Notes: generated by a model not told the origin, from the letters alone. Counted from the first letter of the stretch, positions 45,653 to 55,303 are shown. The stretch: 64,000 bases of DNA from Acidimicrobiales bacterium (GCA_965221525.1 CBDCSG010000008.1:775857-839856); one strand, 5' to 3'. Program-made: numbers and translations.

Positions 45653-46633
45653 ATGAGGTTCGGTGCCACCGTGGAGTTGCACCTGCACATGGACATCTGC
45701 ATGTCCTTCGAGGCGGTGGCGTCGCTGGACCCCTCTGTCGACGCCGAGGCCTACCGGCGGGACTTCGTCGGGCCCGAGCGGTTCGATTCGCTCGCCTCGT
45801 TCCTGGCCTCGACCGGCCATCACATCGCGCTGTTGCAGACCGAGCGTGGGCTGCGCACCTGCATGCGCGACCTGCGGGCGCAGCTGGCCGTCGACGATGC
45901 GTTGCACGCCGAGCCACGGTTCGCCCCGCTGCTGCACCTCGAGGGAGACCTGAGCGCCCGCGAGGTGGTGGAGATCGTGCTGGAGGAGGCCCGTGACTGG
46001 CAGCGGGACGGGCTGAGCTGCGCGGTGATCCTCTGCGCGCTCCGCCACTACAGCGAGGCCGAGAGCATCCGGACGGCGCAGCTCGCCACGGCGCTGCACA
46101 GCGAGGACCTGCCCGTGGCCTTCGACCTGGCCGGAGACGAGGCCGGCTACCCGCTGGCGACGCACCTGCCGGCGTTCGAGATCGTGCGTGGGGCCGGGAG
46201 CCCGTTCACGGTCCACGCCGGGGAGGCGGTCGGCGCCGGGAGCGTGCGCGAGGTTCTGGACCGCCTGGCGCCCCGGCGGATCAGCCACGGCGTCCGGGCC
46301 ATCGAAGATCCCGAGGTGGTGGCCCGCCTGGTGCGCGAGGGCGTGCACCTCGAGGCCTGCCCGTCGTCGAACGTGCAGACCAGCACGGCGCCCTCCATCG
46401 CCGAGCACCCCATCGACGCGCTGGCGGCGGCGGGCGTCTCGATCGGCATCTCCACCGACCAGCGGGGCATCACCGACACCACCCTCATCGAGGAGATGCG
46501 CCTTCTGGTGGAGGCGTTCGGGTGGGAGCGAAGCGTGCTGCTGCGCCGCCAGCTGGATGCGCTGGAAGCCGCCTTCGTGATCGAACCCGAACGCGCCGGG
46601 CTCCGGGAGCGGCTCGTGGAGAGTTGGGCCTAG
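45653..46633 (+). CDS. add: Adenosine/adenine deaminase family protein
   Basis: GGGAGGG RBS. ELHLHMD, FDLAGDE, TVHAGE, ISHGV, ISTDQ metal- and substrate-site pattern. Confidence 0.75.
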   Translation: MRFGATVELHLHMDICMSFEAVASLDPSVDAEAYRRDFVGPERFDSLASFLASTGHHIALLQTERGLRTCMRDLRAQLAVDDALHAEPRFAPLLHLEGDLSAREVVEIVLEEARDWQRDGLSCAVILCALRHYSEAESIRTAQLATALHSEDLPVAFDLAGDEAGYPLATHLPAFEIVRGAGSPFTVHAGEAVGAGSVREVLDRLAPRRISHGVRAIEDPEVVARLVREGVHLEACPSSNVQTSTAPSIAEHPIDALAAAGVSIGISTDQRGITDTTLIEEMRLLVEAFGWERSVLLRRQLDALEAAFVIEPERAGLRERLVESWA

Positions 46634-46742
46634 GAGCCTGCTGAGCAGTCGCTCGCAGGCGCCGGTCAACCCACTGGACGGTGGATTCCGGCCTCCGCCG
46701 GCATGACGATCATGCCCGTTCGCGGCTCGTGGAGAGCTGGGC

Positions 46743-47693
46743 CTAGCCGGCGGGGTTGGCCGTCCCGTCGAGCATGTCGCGGCGGAGATGGGCGTACGTC
46801 TCCTCCGAGGACACGCAGGCGGCGGCGAGATCGACTCCCCAGCGGGTCGCCAGCCGGGGCGAGTGTCCGGCCAGGGCGGCGGCGATGAACCCCGCGTCGA
46901 ACGTGTCGCCCGCCCCGAGCGTGCTCACCGCCTCGACGTGGCGGGCGGCGAACTCCTCGAAAGCGACACCGTTGGGGCCCGGCACGGCCAGGATCGCTCC
47001 CCGGGCCCCCATCCGACCCACCGCGATCGTGCCGTCACCGGCGAGCGCGGTGAGGTTCTCCTCGGTCGTGGCGCCGCCGGCCACGGCGGGCAGCTCCTCG
47101 GCGACCGAGCCGAAGACGACCGTGGCGTGGGCGACGCCAGCACGGATGCTCGCCAGGTAGTCCTCGGCGACCACTCCGTCGCTGGTGCGGATGTTGAGAT
47201 CCAACGACGCCGGCACGCCCGCGGCTCGCGCCGCCTCCAGCAACCCAAGGGCCGTGGACCGGGCCGGCTCGTCGCTCATGACCGCGCCCGAAACGTGCAG
47301 CCACCCGGCCTGCCGCGCCCGGCCCGCCAGCTCGTCGGTCATCACGAACCGGTGCGACGCGGCGGTCTCGGTGGCGGGATAGAGCCAGAAGTGACGCTCG
47401 CCGGCGAGGTCGGCGATAGCGATCACCACGAGCGTGAACGCATCGGGAACGACGGTCACGCTGCGCACCTCGACGCCGCCGTGGCGCAGCGCGTTCGTGG
47501 CGAAGGTTCCGTAGGCGTCATCGCCGACGCCGGCGCAGAGCTCGACCGGCACGCCGAGGCGGCCGAGCGCTCCCGCCACATTGCCCGCGGAGCCGCCGGC
47601 GTTGAGGTCCATGGTGGGGCTGTTCGAATCCCACGCCGGTGGCGCCGAGGCCATCGTCGCCGTCATGTCCACGGCGAGGTCGCCGACGACCAT
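46743..47693 (-). CDS. PfkB-family sugar/nucleoside kinase, likely pseudouridine kinase by context
   Basis: GGSAGNVAGALGRLG and GAGDTFDAGFIAA motifs, directly downstream of psuG. Start ATG 47693 (MVVGDLAVD) or 47786. Confidence 0.65.
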   Translation of the reverse strand: MVVGDLAVDMTATMASAPPAWDSNSPTMDLNAGGSAGNVAGALGRLGVPVELCAGVGDDAYGTFATNALRHGGVEVRSVTVVPDAFTLVVIAIADLAGERHFWLYPATETAASHRFVMTDELAGRARQAGWLHVSGAVMSDEPARSTALGLLEAARAAGVPASLDLNIRTSDGVVAEDYLASIRAGVAHATVVFGSVAEELPAVAGGATTEENLTALAGDGTIAVGRMGARGAILAVPGPNGVAFEEFAARHVEAVSTLGAGDTFDAGFIAAALAGHSPRLATRWGVDLAAACVSSEETYAHLRRDMLDGTANPAG

Positions 47694-47745
47694 CGCCGGC
47701 GCGCCGGGAGTTGGCCGCCAGTCGCCCGGCCAGTCCACGCTCTCG

Positions 47746-48726
47746 TCAGACCCCGTCGCGGAGGGCGACCGCGAGGCCGGCCGCAACCTCGGCGTTGTTG
47801 CCGATGAGCTTCAGGTTGGCCTGCAGCGTGGCGCCGGCGGTGATCGTGTGGAGGCGTTCGAGAAGGTACGGGGTGACCGCCCCGCCGCGGATCTCCGGGC
47901 CCGCCTCGTCGAGGGCCCGGTCGATGGCGCCCTCGACGATCGCCAGCGGCACGGCGTCCTCGGCGGCCAGCGGCACGCACGTGACCGTTCCGGCCCCGAG
48001 CCCCAGGGCGCGCTGGGTGGCGATGATCGCCGCGGCCTCGGCGATGCCGTCGACGCGCAGCGGGGTGCGGGCGCCGGAGGAGCGGGTGTAGAAGCCGGGG
48101 ACCTCGTCGGAGCCGAGCGTCATGAGCGGCACGCCGTTGGTCTCGAGGTACTCCAGGGTCAGCTGCACGTCGAGGATGATCTTCGGCCCGGCGCACACCA
48201 CGTTCACCGGCGTCCGGGAGAGTTCCTCCAGGTCGGCGGAGATGTCCAGCGTGCCCGAGAGCGACCGCCTCACGTCGCCCGCGGCGCCCCGGTGCACGCC
48301 GCCGAGCCCGCCGGTGGCGAAGACGCTCATCCCGCAGGCGTCGGCGATCAGCATGGTGGCGCTGACGGTGGTGCCGCCGGTCTGGCGGCGGGCGATGACC
48401 GCGGACAGGTTCGCCCGTGTGGCCTTGACCGTGTCGCCGGCTCTGGCGAGTTGATCCACCTCGTCGCCGGAGAGCCCGACGACCATGTGCCCGTCGGAGA
48501 CGGCGATCACGGCGGGAACGGCGCCGCCGGCCAGGATGCGACCCGCCGCGTCCATCGTCACGTCCACGCAGTGCGGGAGCGGGAGCCCGTGCGTGATGAG
48601 GCTGGTCTCGAGAGCGACGACCGGTTGGGCGCCGGCGAGCGCGCCGGCGACCTCGTCGGACAGCAGGACGTGCGCGCCGAGCGGCGAGACCGCCTCGCGG
48701 ACATCGCGGAGCGGGATGCGCGTCAT
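47746..48726 (-). CDS. psuG: Pseudouridine-5-phosphate glycosidase
   Basis: VVALETSLITHGLP..., GGTTVSATM..., VFATGGLGGVHRG..., DISADLEEL. Confidence 0.8.
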   Translation of the reverse strand: MTRIPLRDVREAVSPLGAHVLLSDEVAGALAGAQPVVALETSLITHGLPLPHCVDVTMDAAGRILAGGAVPAVIAVSDGHMVVGLSGDEVDQLARAGDTVKATRANLSAVIARRQTGGTTVSATMLIADACGMSVFATGGLGGVHRGAAGDVRRSLSGTLDISADLEELSRTPVNVVCAGPKIILDVQLTLEYLETNGVPLMTLGSDEVPGFYTRSSGARTPLRVDGIAEAAAIIATQRALGLGAGTVTCVPLAAEDAVPLAIVEGAIDRALDEAGPEIRGGAVTPYLLERLHTITAGATLQANLKLIGNNAEVAAGLAVALRDGV

Positions 48727-49162
48727 GTGGGGCTCGTGGCGGGGCAGGTGCTAGGCGTCCTCGGGGACGGGGATGAACTCGCCGTCGGGGCGGGGTTGGT
48801 TTCCCCAGCCGGCCGCCGTGGCCTTGGGCAGCAGGTCACGCTGCAACTCGTGGAACCGTTGGTGTGTCGGCCATGGGTCCCTCTGAGCCGCCGGAGCCGT
48901 CGGTCAACCTAGCCGCCCCGATTGCGGCCCCGGCACGGGTCCGCGAGTCCCGCTTCGGCGTCTGCGGCGTGATCGTCGCGGCGGTCACCGGCCCTCGGCG
49001 CCGCCAGACTGCTGAGCCTTGAGTCCGGCGGTGCCGTTGAGCCGGCGACCGACCTTGCCTATGTCGGCGGGGCGTTACGCCCTGCTACGGCAAGGGGTTG
49101 AGCCGGGGTTGGTGCCCGTCGTCGGCAGCAGGCCTGATGGGGCGCCTCGCCCGGTCGAGCCG

Positions 49163-49588
49163 CTAAGTCGCCCGTCGGATCCCCGGCTGCGCTGTCATGG
49201 GGCAGCCATCTGCGTGCCGGCAGGTGTGGAATGCGGTGGCGCCGTCGCAGTTGTGGAAGCACCCGTGGAATGCGAGCGCTCCGGCAGCGGCACACCCGTC
49301 GCCGTGGCGGCAGGTGTGGAATGCGGTGGCGCCGTCGCAGTCGTCGCCGTGGAAGCACCCGTGGAATGCGAGCGCTCCGGCAGCGACACACCCGTCTGTG
49401 TGCCGGCAGGCGTGTTTGGCGATCACGTCCGTCGCGTCGGGCGTTTCGGCTGCGACCGCGGCGGCCGCTGATCCTGCGCCGACCACCGCGGTGGCGATCA
49501 GCACAATTGTGGCAAAGGCCACTCCGGCGAGGGCGATCGGCCGGCGGCCGAGTCGCTTGGTTCCGACGGTTTCCTGGTGAGGAAGCAT
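49163..49588 (-). CDS. Secreted or membrane-anchored Cys/His-rich repeat protein
   Basis: RR-containing signal/anchor (KRLGRRPIALAGVAFATIVLIA) followed by 2.5 repeats of H-x-CRH-x-DGC-x-AAGALAFHGCFH-(x)-CDGATAF. Confidence 0.5.
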   Translation of the reverse strand: MLPHQETVGTKRLGRRPIALAGVAFATIVLIATAVVGAGSAAAAVAAETPDATDVIAKHACRHTDGCVAAGALAFHGCFHGDDCDGATAFHTCRHGDGCAAAGALAFHGCFHNCDGATAFHTCRHADGCPMTAQPGIRRAT

Positions 49589-49858
49589 CGTTGCCTCCTT
49601 TCGTCGGGGACTTCACCTACGACCTTTATAGACCCGTTTTCGCTGTTTATCCATGGTTTACGTGGTCTTTGTGGCGATGGATTTCATAGGGGGAATCTAT
49701 GAACCGGGAGGCGCCGTCCGCCTCGAGACGAGGGGTAAGTTGGACCAAGTCGCGTGCCTTGTGGCCGCTGGGAGAGTGTCGATCGAGGCTCCGGCGGTGC
49801 TTGGTTCCCCGGCACGGTGAGCGGCCCGGCCCGGCGAGTGGCCGAGCCTCGGTTCCCT

Positions 49859-50677
49859 CTAGGCCGGCGCCACCGCCACGACCTCGCCGTTGAGCCAGGC
49901 CCAGAAGCCGTTGGGCCGGGCGGCCCAGCGACCGAACGCGGCGGAGATCGCCTCCAGGTCCGACCGTGTGGCGAACCCGCCGGAGACGGCGTGGTCGGCG
50001 AAGTCGCTGTCGGTGACCCGCACCGCCCACATGCCGCCCCAGTGGGCCCGGCCCTCGGCGTCGGCGAAGGTGTTGGTACTGGACGTGACCGCCGGGTCGA
50101 CGAAGCCGGCTGCCAGCACCCACGACAGCAGATGGCGCCCGGCGTCGGCGTCGCCGCCGCTGGCCGCATGCACCTGGTGGTAGAGGTCGAGCCAGTGCTC
50201 GATGGCCGGCTCGACGGGGGCGTGGATCATCGTGGCGTAGTCGGACTCTCGCAGCGCCACGAGGCCGCCGGGGCGCAGCACCCGCCGGGCCTCCCGCAGA
50301 GCGGCGACGGGGTCGGCCAGATGCTGCATCACCTGATGGGCGTAGACCACGTCGAAGCCGGCGTCGTCGAAGGGCAGCTCGTAGACCGAGCCGACCTCGA
50401 AGCTGACGTTGGTCAGGCCCTCGCCGGCCGCCCGGTCGCCGGCCTCCCGCACCATCTCGGGCGACATGTCCACGCCGACCACCCGTGCGGCTCGCCGAGC
50501 CAGGCCGACGGTGATGGTGCCGGGACCGGAGCCCAAGTCGAGGACCTCGGCGTCGGGCCGTAGCCGCGGCAGCAGGAAGGCGGCACACGTCTCGGCCGTG
50601 CGCCGGGTGTACGACCCGACGATCGCCGGGTGGTACCCGTGCGTGTAGCGCTCGTCGTCGGGTCGACCGGCACTCAT
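49859..50677 (-). CDS. Class I SAM-dependent methyltransferase
   Basis: VLDLGSGPGTITVGLA motif I, FDVVYAHQVMQH, LRPGGLVAL. Confidence 0.75.
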   Translation of the reverse strand: MSAGRPDDERYTHGYHPAIVGSYTRRTAETCAAFLLPRLRPDAEVLDLGSGPGTITVGLARRAARVVGVDMSPEMVREAGDRAAGEGLTNVSFEVGSVYELPFDDAGFDVVYAHQVMQHLADPVAALREARRVLRPGGLVALRESDYATMIHAPVEPAIEHWLDLYHQVHAASGGDADAGRHLLSWVLAAGFVDPAVTSSTNTFADAEGRAHWGGMWAVRVTDSDFADHAVSGGFATRSDLEAISAAFGRWAARPNGFWAWLNGEVVAVAPA

Positions 50678-50780
50678 CGGCCAGAGGCTACGGGAGCTGC
50701 TCGGTGGAGGGGACCCGGGAGCCCCAGGGCTCGAGGAGTCCCCGGCGGCGGGAACCTGGGCCGGTTCGGTCGGGCCGGGT

Positions 50781-50852
50781 GCGTGTTCGGGTCGGGTGGG
50801 GTGTTCGGGTCGGGTGGGGTGTTCGTGTCGGGTGGGTGTTCGTGTCGGGCGG
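50781..50852. repeat. Tandem repeat, ~4 copies of a 17-19 bp unit (TGTTCGGGTCGGGTGGGG)
   Basis: Direct reading. Intergenic between the methyltransferase start and the nuclease-family gene stop. Confidence 0.8.
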
Positions 50853-50860
50853 TCGGGGGC

Positions 50861-51874
50861 TCAGCGATCGTCGCCGTCGGCCACGAATGCCTGGCCCTCG
50901 CTGCATCCGTCGAGCAGATCGCACCAGCGGCACGGCGGGCCGGGTCGCTTGAGCGGCTCGTCGGGGGGACCCAAGTGGCCGTGCAGCGCGGCGTACCGGC
51001 CGATGCCGTCGACGGTGCGATTCACGGCGATGTCGAGGAGCTCCTCGGTGACCTCCTCGACGTCGATCTCGGCGGACTCCAGGTAGTACGTCGCGACGGT
51101 GCGCGGCGGGGTCCCCAGCTTCAGGGTCTCCAGCAGTGCGTAGAAGCGGAGGTCCTCACGGTGCGTGCCCCGATGGCGGCGCCCGGTCTTCAGATCGACG
51201 ATGACCTTGCCGGCCCGCCGCCCCTCGGAGCGGCCCAGCGTGAGGTCGAACTTGCCGCTGAGCTGGATGCGGCCGCCGCAGAGCTCCACCCGGCAGCGTG
51301 ACTCGGTCGTGGGGAACCACTTGGGGAACAGCGGCGGCCAGCCCTCCCAGAAGTCGGTCGCCCGGCTGACGGCGAGGCTGCGGAGTTCGGCCCGCTCGGC
51401 GTCGCCGCAGCGGTACAGCCAGTCGGCGAGGCCGGTGTCGCCGGCGGTGAGCGAGTCGATGGCGGCGTCGACGAGTTCGGCGGGGGCGGGCTTGGGCGGT
51501 TCGCTCTCGGCGGCGCCCGGTTGCGGGAGCTGATCGGGGGCCGGGCGTGGGCGCCAGTTGATCCCCAGCTCGATGGCCTTGTGGGCGACGGTCCCGGTGG
51601 CGAGGGGCGGGCTCCAGGCGAAGGGCTGCTCCTCGTCGTGGAGGAACCAGACCTCGCAACCGAACACGCCGGCGAGCTTCCGCTTGTCGATGAACAGCTC
51701 GCCGGCGCGGTCGAGCTTGGTGGCCACGCCGGCGAGCCGTGTCTCCAGATCGGTGCGGAGGCGCTCGGCGAGGTCGGCGTCGAACGTGGGGCGCTCGGAG
51801 CCCGGCCGGCTGAGCCGGTCCAGCACCTGCTGCTGGGCGGCGTTGAGTTCGGGATTCGGCGGTGTGTCGGTCAC
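50861..51874 (-). CDS. PD-(D/E)xK (RecB/Cas4-like) nuclease family protein
   Basis: VIVDLKTGRR (D-x-K), LRFYALLE, C-terminal CRWCDLLDGC. Start uncertain: GTG 51874, or the ORF may extend to a TTG at 52198 through the Pro-rich repeat. Confidence 0.55.
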   Translation of the reverse strand: MTDTPPNPELNAAQQQVLDRLSRPGSERPTFDADLAERLRTDLETRLAGVATKLDRAGELFIDKRKLAGVFGCEVWFLHDEEQPFAWSPPLATGTVAHKAIELGINWRPRPAPDQLPQPGAAESEPPKPAPAELVDAAIDSLTAGDTGLADWLYRCGDAERAELRSLAVSRATDFWEGWPPLFPKWFPTTESRCRVELCGGRIQLSGKFDLTLGRSEGRRAGKVIVDLKTGRRHRGTHREDLRFYALLETLKLGTPPRTVATYYLESAEIDVEEVTEELLDIAVNRTVDGIGRYAALHGHLGPPDEPLKRPGPPCRWCDLLDGCSEGQAFVADGDDR

Positions 51875-51949
51875 GTACGTGAGTCTTGCGCGCCCGTGAG
51901 ACACTCGCCGTCGCCCGTGCCGACCGCTGCCCGGTCTCGCGGCGCTGGG

Positions 51950-52245
51950 TCCGGTGCGGGGCGCCAATGGCTCGGCGGGGGGCGCCGGCGGGTCTGGTGC
52001 GCGGGGCGCCGGCGGCGTTGGTGCGGGGGGCGTCGGTGGGTCTGGTGCGGGGGGCGCCAATGGCTCGGCGGGAGGCGCCGGCGGCGTTGGTGCGGGGGGT
52101 GCTGGCGGTGTTGGTGCGGGGGGCGCCAATGGCTCGGCGGGAGGCGCCGGCGGCGTTGGTGCGAGGGGCGTCGGTGGGTCTGGTGCGGGGGGCGCCAATG
52201 GCTCGGCGGGGGGCGCCGGCGGCGTCGGTGCCGAGGGTTCCGGTC
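51950..52245. repeat. Compound tandem repeat (21-24 nt subunits; GCGCCAATGGCTCGGCGG landmarks at 51961, 52054, 52123, 52192)
   Basis: Landmark spacing is 93, 69 and 69 nt. Would encode PAPPAEPLAPPAPTPP-type repeats on the minus strand. Confidence 0.8.
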
Positions 52246-52520
52246 GAGCGAGAGACTTGGCCGCTCTCGAGCCGGCTACCTCGTCCGCAGCTCGGGCGAA
52301 TGATCCAGTTTTCTACCTGCTGAAACTAGGGGTGATGCCTATGGATGATTAGCTGTGTCACACCTCCTTCGTACAGTGTCGCCATGGGAATCGGGGAGGA
52401 GCGGCGTGGCGATCCGGGCGGCGGTGGCGTTCGGGCGGGTCGTCGTTGTGCCGGCGCAGACGTGCTGGTGGGAGATGAGGTCGACGTCGGCGGCGAGCGG
52501 TGTGGCGATCCGCAGTGCAG

Positions 52521-53911
52521 GCAGCGTCCCGCCGGGTGGTGGGGTTTTGAGGTAGCTGGGAGGGTCCACCTGTAGGTGGGTCATCGGCGTGATCCTCGGT
52601 GAGAGCAGCTACTCACTCATCGAGGAGGACACACCGATGACCCTTTCTGATACTGCCACGGCGCAGCTGTGGGAGAGCTTCCGCGCCGGCGGCGGCGCGA
52701 GTCTGGTCCGCGAGGCGGTGGAGTTGGTGCTCCAAGAGCTGATCGAGGCCGAAGCGGCTGAGGCGATCGGCGCCGGGCGTTATGAGCGCAGCGAGGCGCG
52801 GGTGACTGAGCGCAACGGGCACCGGCCCCGCTTGTTGGCCACTCAGGCCGGCGACGTGGAGTTGAAGATCCCCAAGCTGCGCAAGGGCAGCTTCTTCCCG
52901 TCGCTGCTCGAGCCGCGCCGGCGCATCGACCGGGCGCTGTGGGCGGTGGTGATGGAGGCCTATGTGGCCGGCGTCTCGACGCGCTCTGTCGATGACCTCG
53001 TGGCGGCGTTGGGCGCCACCTCGGGGATCTCCAAGTCGGAGGTGTCGCGCATCTGCGGAGGCCTCGACGAGATGGTCGACGCGTTCCGCTGTCGCCGCTT
53101 GGACCACGTCGAGTTCCCGTACGTGTATCTGGACGCCACCTACCTGAACGTCCGCAACAACCTCGCCCAGCCCGCCTCGATGGCCACCGTCGTCGCCACC
53201 GGCATCACCGCAGACGGCAACCGGGAGGTCCTGGGCTGCGACGTCGGCGACAGCGAGAGCGAAGGGTTCTGGCAACAGTTCCTCGCCTCGCTGCGCGACC
53301 GGGGCCTCGGCGGCGTGCAACTGGTGATCTCTGATGCGCACCGCGGCCTCGGTGCCGCCGCGGACCGGTGGTTCCAAGGCGCGGCCCGTCAGCGCTGCCG
53401 GGTGCACTTCATCCGCAACCTCTTGGCCCTGGCGCCCAAATCGCACCAGCACATGGCCGCCGCGGTGTTCCGGACGATCTTCGCCCAACCCGACGCCGGC
53501 GCCGTCGCCGACGCCTGGGACCAAGTCACCGACCAACTCGCCGCCCGCTTCGCCAAGATCGGCCCGCTCATGGACAGCGCCAAGACCGAGGTCCTCGCCT
53601 TCGCCACCTTCCCGCGGGCGCACTGGCAGAAGATCTGGTCCACCAACCCCCTCGAACGCATCAACAAGGAAATCAAGCGACGATCACGGGTCGTGGGGAT
53701 CTTCCCCAACGAGGCCTCCGCCATCCGCCTCGTCGGCGCCATCCTCGCCGACCTCCACGACGAATGGCAGACCACCGACCGCCGCTACCTCTCCGAAGAC
53801 TCCATGAGCCTCCTCTACCCCGAACGCGATAATCTCGCCACAGCCGAACTCACAGTCGGCAACTAACACCGAGGCTCAACCCCAAAGCCCACCACGCCAC
53901 GGGACGCCCCC
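52521..53911 (+). mobile_element. IS256-family insertion sequence, apparently intact
   Basis: 8-bp direct duplication CAGTGCAG at 52513-52520 and 53912-53919. Imperfect terminal inverted repeats share GCGTCCCG...GTGGTGGG. 1391 bp. Confidence 0.8.
52637..53866 (+). CDS. IS256-family (Transposase_mut) transposase
   Basis: ...ERNGHRPRLLATQAGDVELKIPKLRKGSFFPSLLEPRRR...YLDATYLNVR...SDAHRGL... Confidence 0.85.
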   Translation: MTLSDTATAQLWESFRAGGGASLVREAVELVLQELIEAEAAEAIGAGRYERSEARVTERNGHRPRLLATQAGDVELKIPKLRKGSFFPSLLEPRRRIDRALWAVVMEAYVAGVSTRSVDDLVAALGATSGISKSEVSRICGGLDEMVDAFRCRRLDHVEFPYVYLDATYLNVRNNLAQPASMATVVATGITADGNREVLGCDVGDSESEGFWQQFLASLRDRGLGGVQLVISDAHRGLGAAADRWFQGAARQRCRVHFIRNLLALAPKSHQHMAAAVFRTIFAQPDAGAVADAWDQVTDQLAARFAKIGPLMDSAKTEVLAFATFPRAHWQKIWSTNPLERINKEIKRRSRVVGIFPNEASAIRLVGAILADLHDEWQTTDRRYLSEDSMSLLYPERDNLATAELTVGN

Positions 53912-54058
53912 CAGTGCAGCGGCACGCGGGTCGGCCAGTGCGGTGCGCCCGCGGACCCGATGGTGGGAGATGAGGTCGACGTCGGCGGCGAGCGGTGTGG
54001 CGATCCGCGGTGCAGCGGCACGCGGGTCGGCCAGCGTGGTGCGGCCACAGATCCGCCG

Positions 54059-55303
54059 GTGAGAGATGAGGTCGCTGCGTTGTTCACGTCCGTCGTTGCG
54101 ATCGACGGTCTCAGCGACGGCGAGTTGCGTGGACGGTTGGGATTGCTGGCTCGGGCGAGGGCTCGCCTGGCCGCGCTGGATGCCGAAGCGGTGGCCGAGT
54201 TGGCTCGACGCGACGGGGAGGCCGGCGCGGCGGAGTTCCTGCGGGACGGCCTGCTGCGCGCCCGTTCGGGAGCGAAGCGGGACGTGTTGTTCGCCTCGCG
54301 GCTGGCGGTGCTGCCTGCCACGGCCGCAGCACTGGCCGCGGGGATGATCGGTGAGCCGCACGCCCGACTGATCGCCGAGGCGGCCGGGGAGGTCGACGTC
54401 GACGAGGCGACGTTGGTGGGTGCGGCGCAGCGTGAGCACGTCGACCTGTTCCGGCGCACCGTGCGCGATCACGTCAACGCCCGCATCGGGGACGATCTCA
54501 CCGAGCGGCGTCGTCGTCAGCGTGCCCGCCGGGAGGTGCGGTTCGGCCGGCAGGCCGACGGCATGTTCACGCTGTTCGGCCGGTTCGATCCGGTCGCCGG
54601 CAGCCGCATCGAGGTCGCGCTCACGGCGGCCGCCGGGAAACTCTGGCGCAACGAGGATCCGAAGAGCCGGCCAACGCCGGCGCAGCGTCTCGCCGACGCA
54701 CTGGAGTCGCTGGTCGCTCGTGGCGAGGGGCAGGGCGTGGCGGCGGCGCAGGGCGTGGACCTGCTGATCGTCGCCGACTATGACGCCGTCGCCGGGCAAC
54801 TCGCCGACCCGCGCCTGGCGGACGGCACCCCGCTGGCGCACGAGGAGTTCCTGCGGTTGGCCTGCGATGCCCGCATCCTGCCCGCACTGTTCGACCGCAA
54901 GGGCCAGCCGCTGTGGCTGGGCCGCGGGCGCCGTCACGCCACGAAGGGTCAGCGCGCCGTGCTCACCGAGCGCGACAAGGGCTGCATCGGCTGTGGAGCC
55001 TCGCCCAACTGGTGCCAGGTGCATCACATCGTGCATTGGAAGGACGGGGGCACCACCGACATCGACAACCTGTGCCTGCTCTGCAGCCACTGCCATCACT
55101 ACCTGGTGCACAACAAGGGCGCCGAGGTCGTCCGCGGAGCCGACGGTGGGTACCGGCTCGAACTTCCGACAGGCCATCGACCACGCCCACCACCGCGAGA
55201 GGTCTCACGGGGCACCGGTGACGGCGCCCGCCACTGCGAGAGGTTTCACGGGGCATCGGTGACGGCGTCCGCCACTGCGAGAGGTTTCACGGGGCATCGG
55301 TGA
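54059..55303 (+). CDS. DUF222 + HNH endonuclease (13E12-repeat-like family)
   Basis: LSDGELRGRLGLLARARARLAALDAEAVAELARR (DUF222). CIGCGASPNWCQVHHIVHWKDGGTTDIDNLCLLCSHCHH (HNH). Start uncertain (GTG 54059; ORF track 53960). The 3-prime tail runs into the 41-bp repeat. Confidence 0.7.
   Translation: MRDEVAALFTSVVAIDGLSDGELRGRLGLLARARARLAALDAEAVAELARRDGEAGAAEFLRDGLLRARSGAKRDVLFASRLAVLPATAAALAAGMIGEPHARLIAEAAGEVDVDEATLVGAAQREHVDLFRRTVRDHVNARIGDDLTERRRRQRARREVRFGRQADGMFTLFGRFDPVAGSRIEVALTAAAGKLWRNEDPKSRPTPAQRLADALESLVARGEGQGVAAAQGVDLLIVADYDAVAGQLADPRLADGTPLAHEEFLRLACDARILPALFDRKGQPLWLGRGRRHATKGQRAVLTERDKGCIGCGASPNWCQVHHIVHWKDGGTTDIDNLCLLCSHCHHYLVHNKGAEVVRGADGGYRLELPTGHRPRPPPREVSRGTGDGARHCERFHGASVTASATARGFTGHR

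Noticed and set aside
48727-49160. Gene-free ~430-nt gap upstream of psuG, checked for a riboswitch or other ncRNA.
   Set aside because: I recognised no conserved riboswitch core or terminator-antiterminator structure by eye. A covariance-model scan would be needed.
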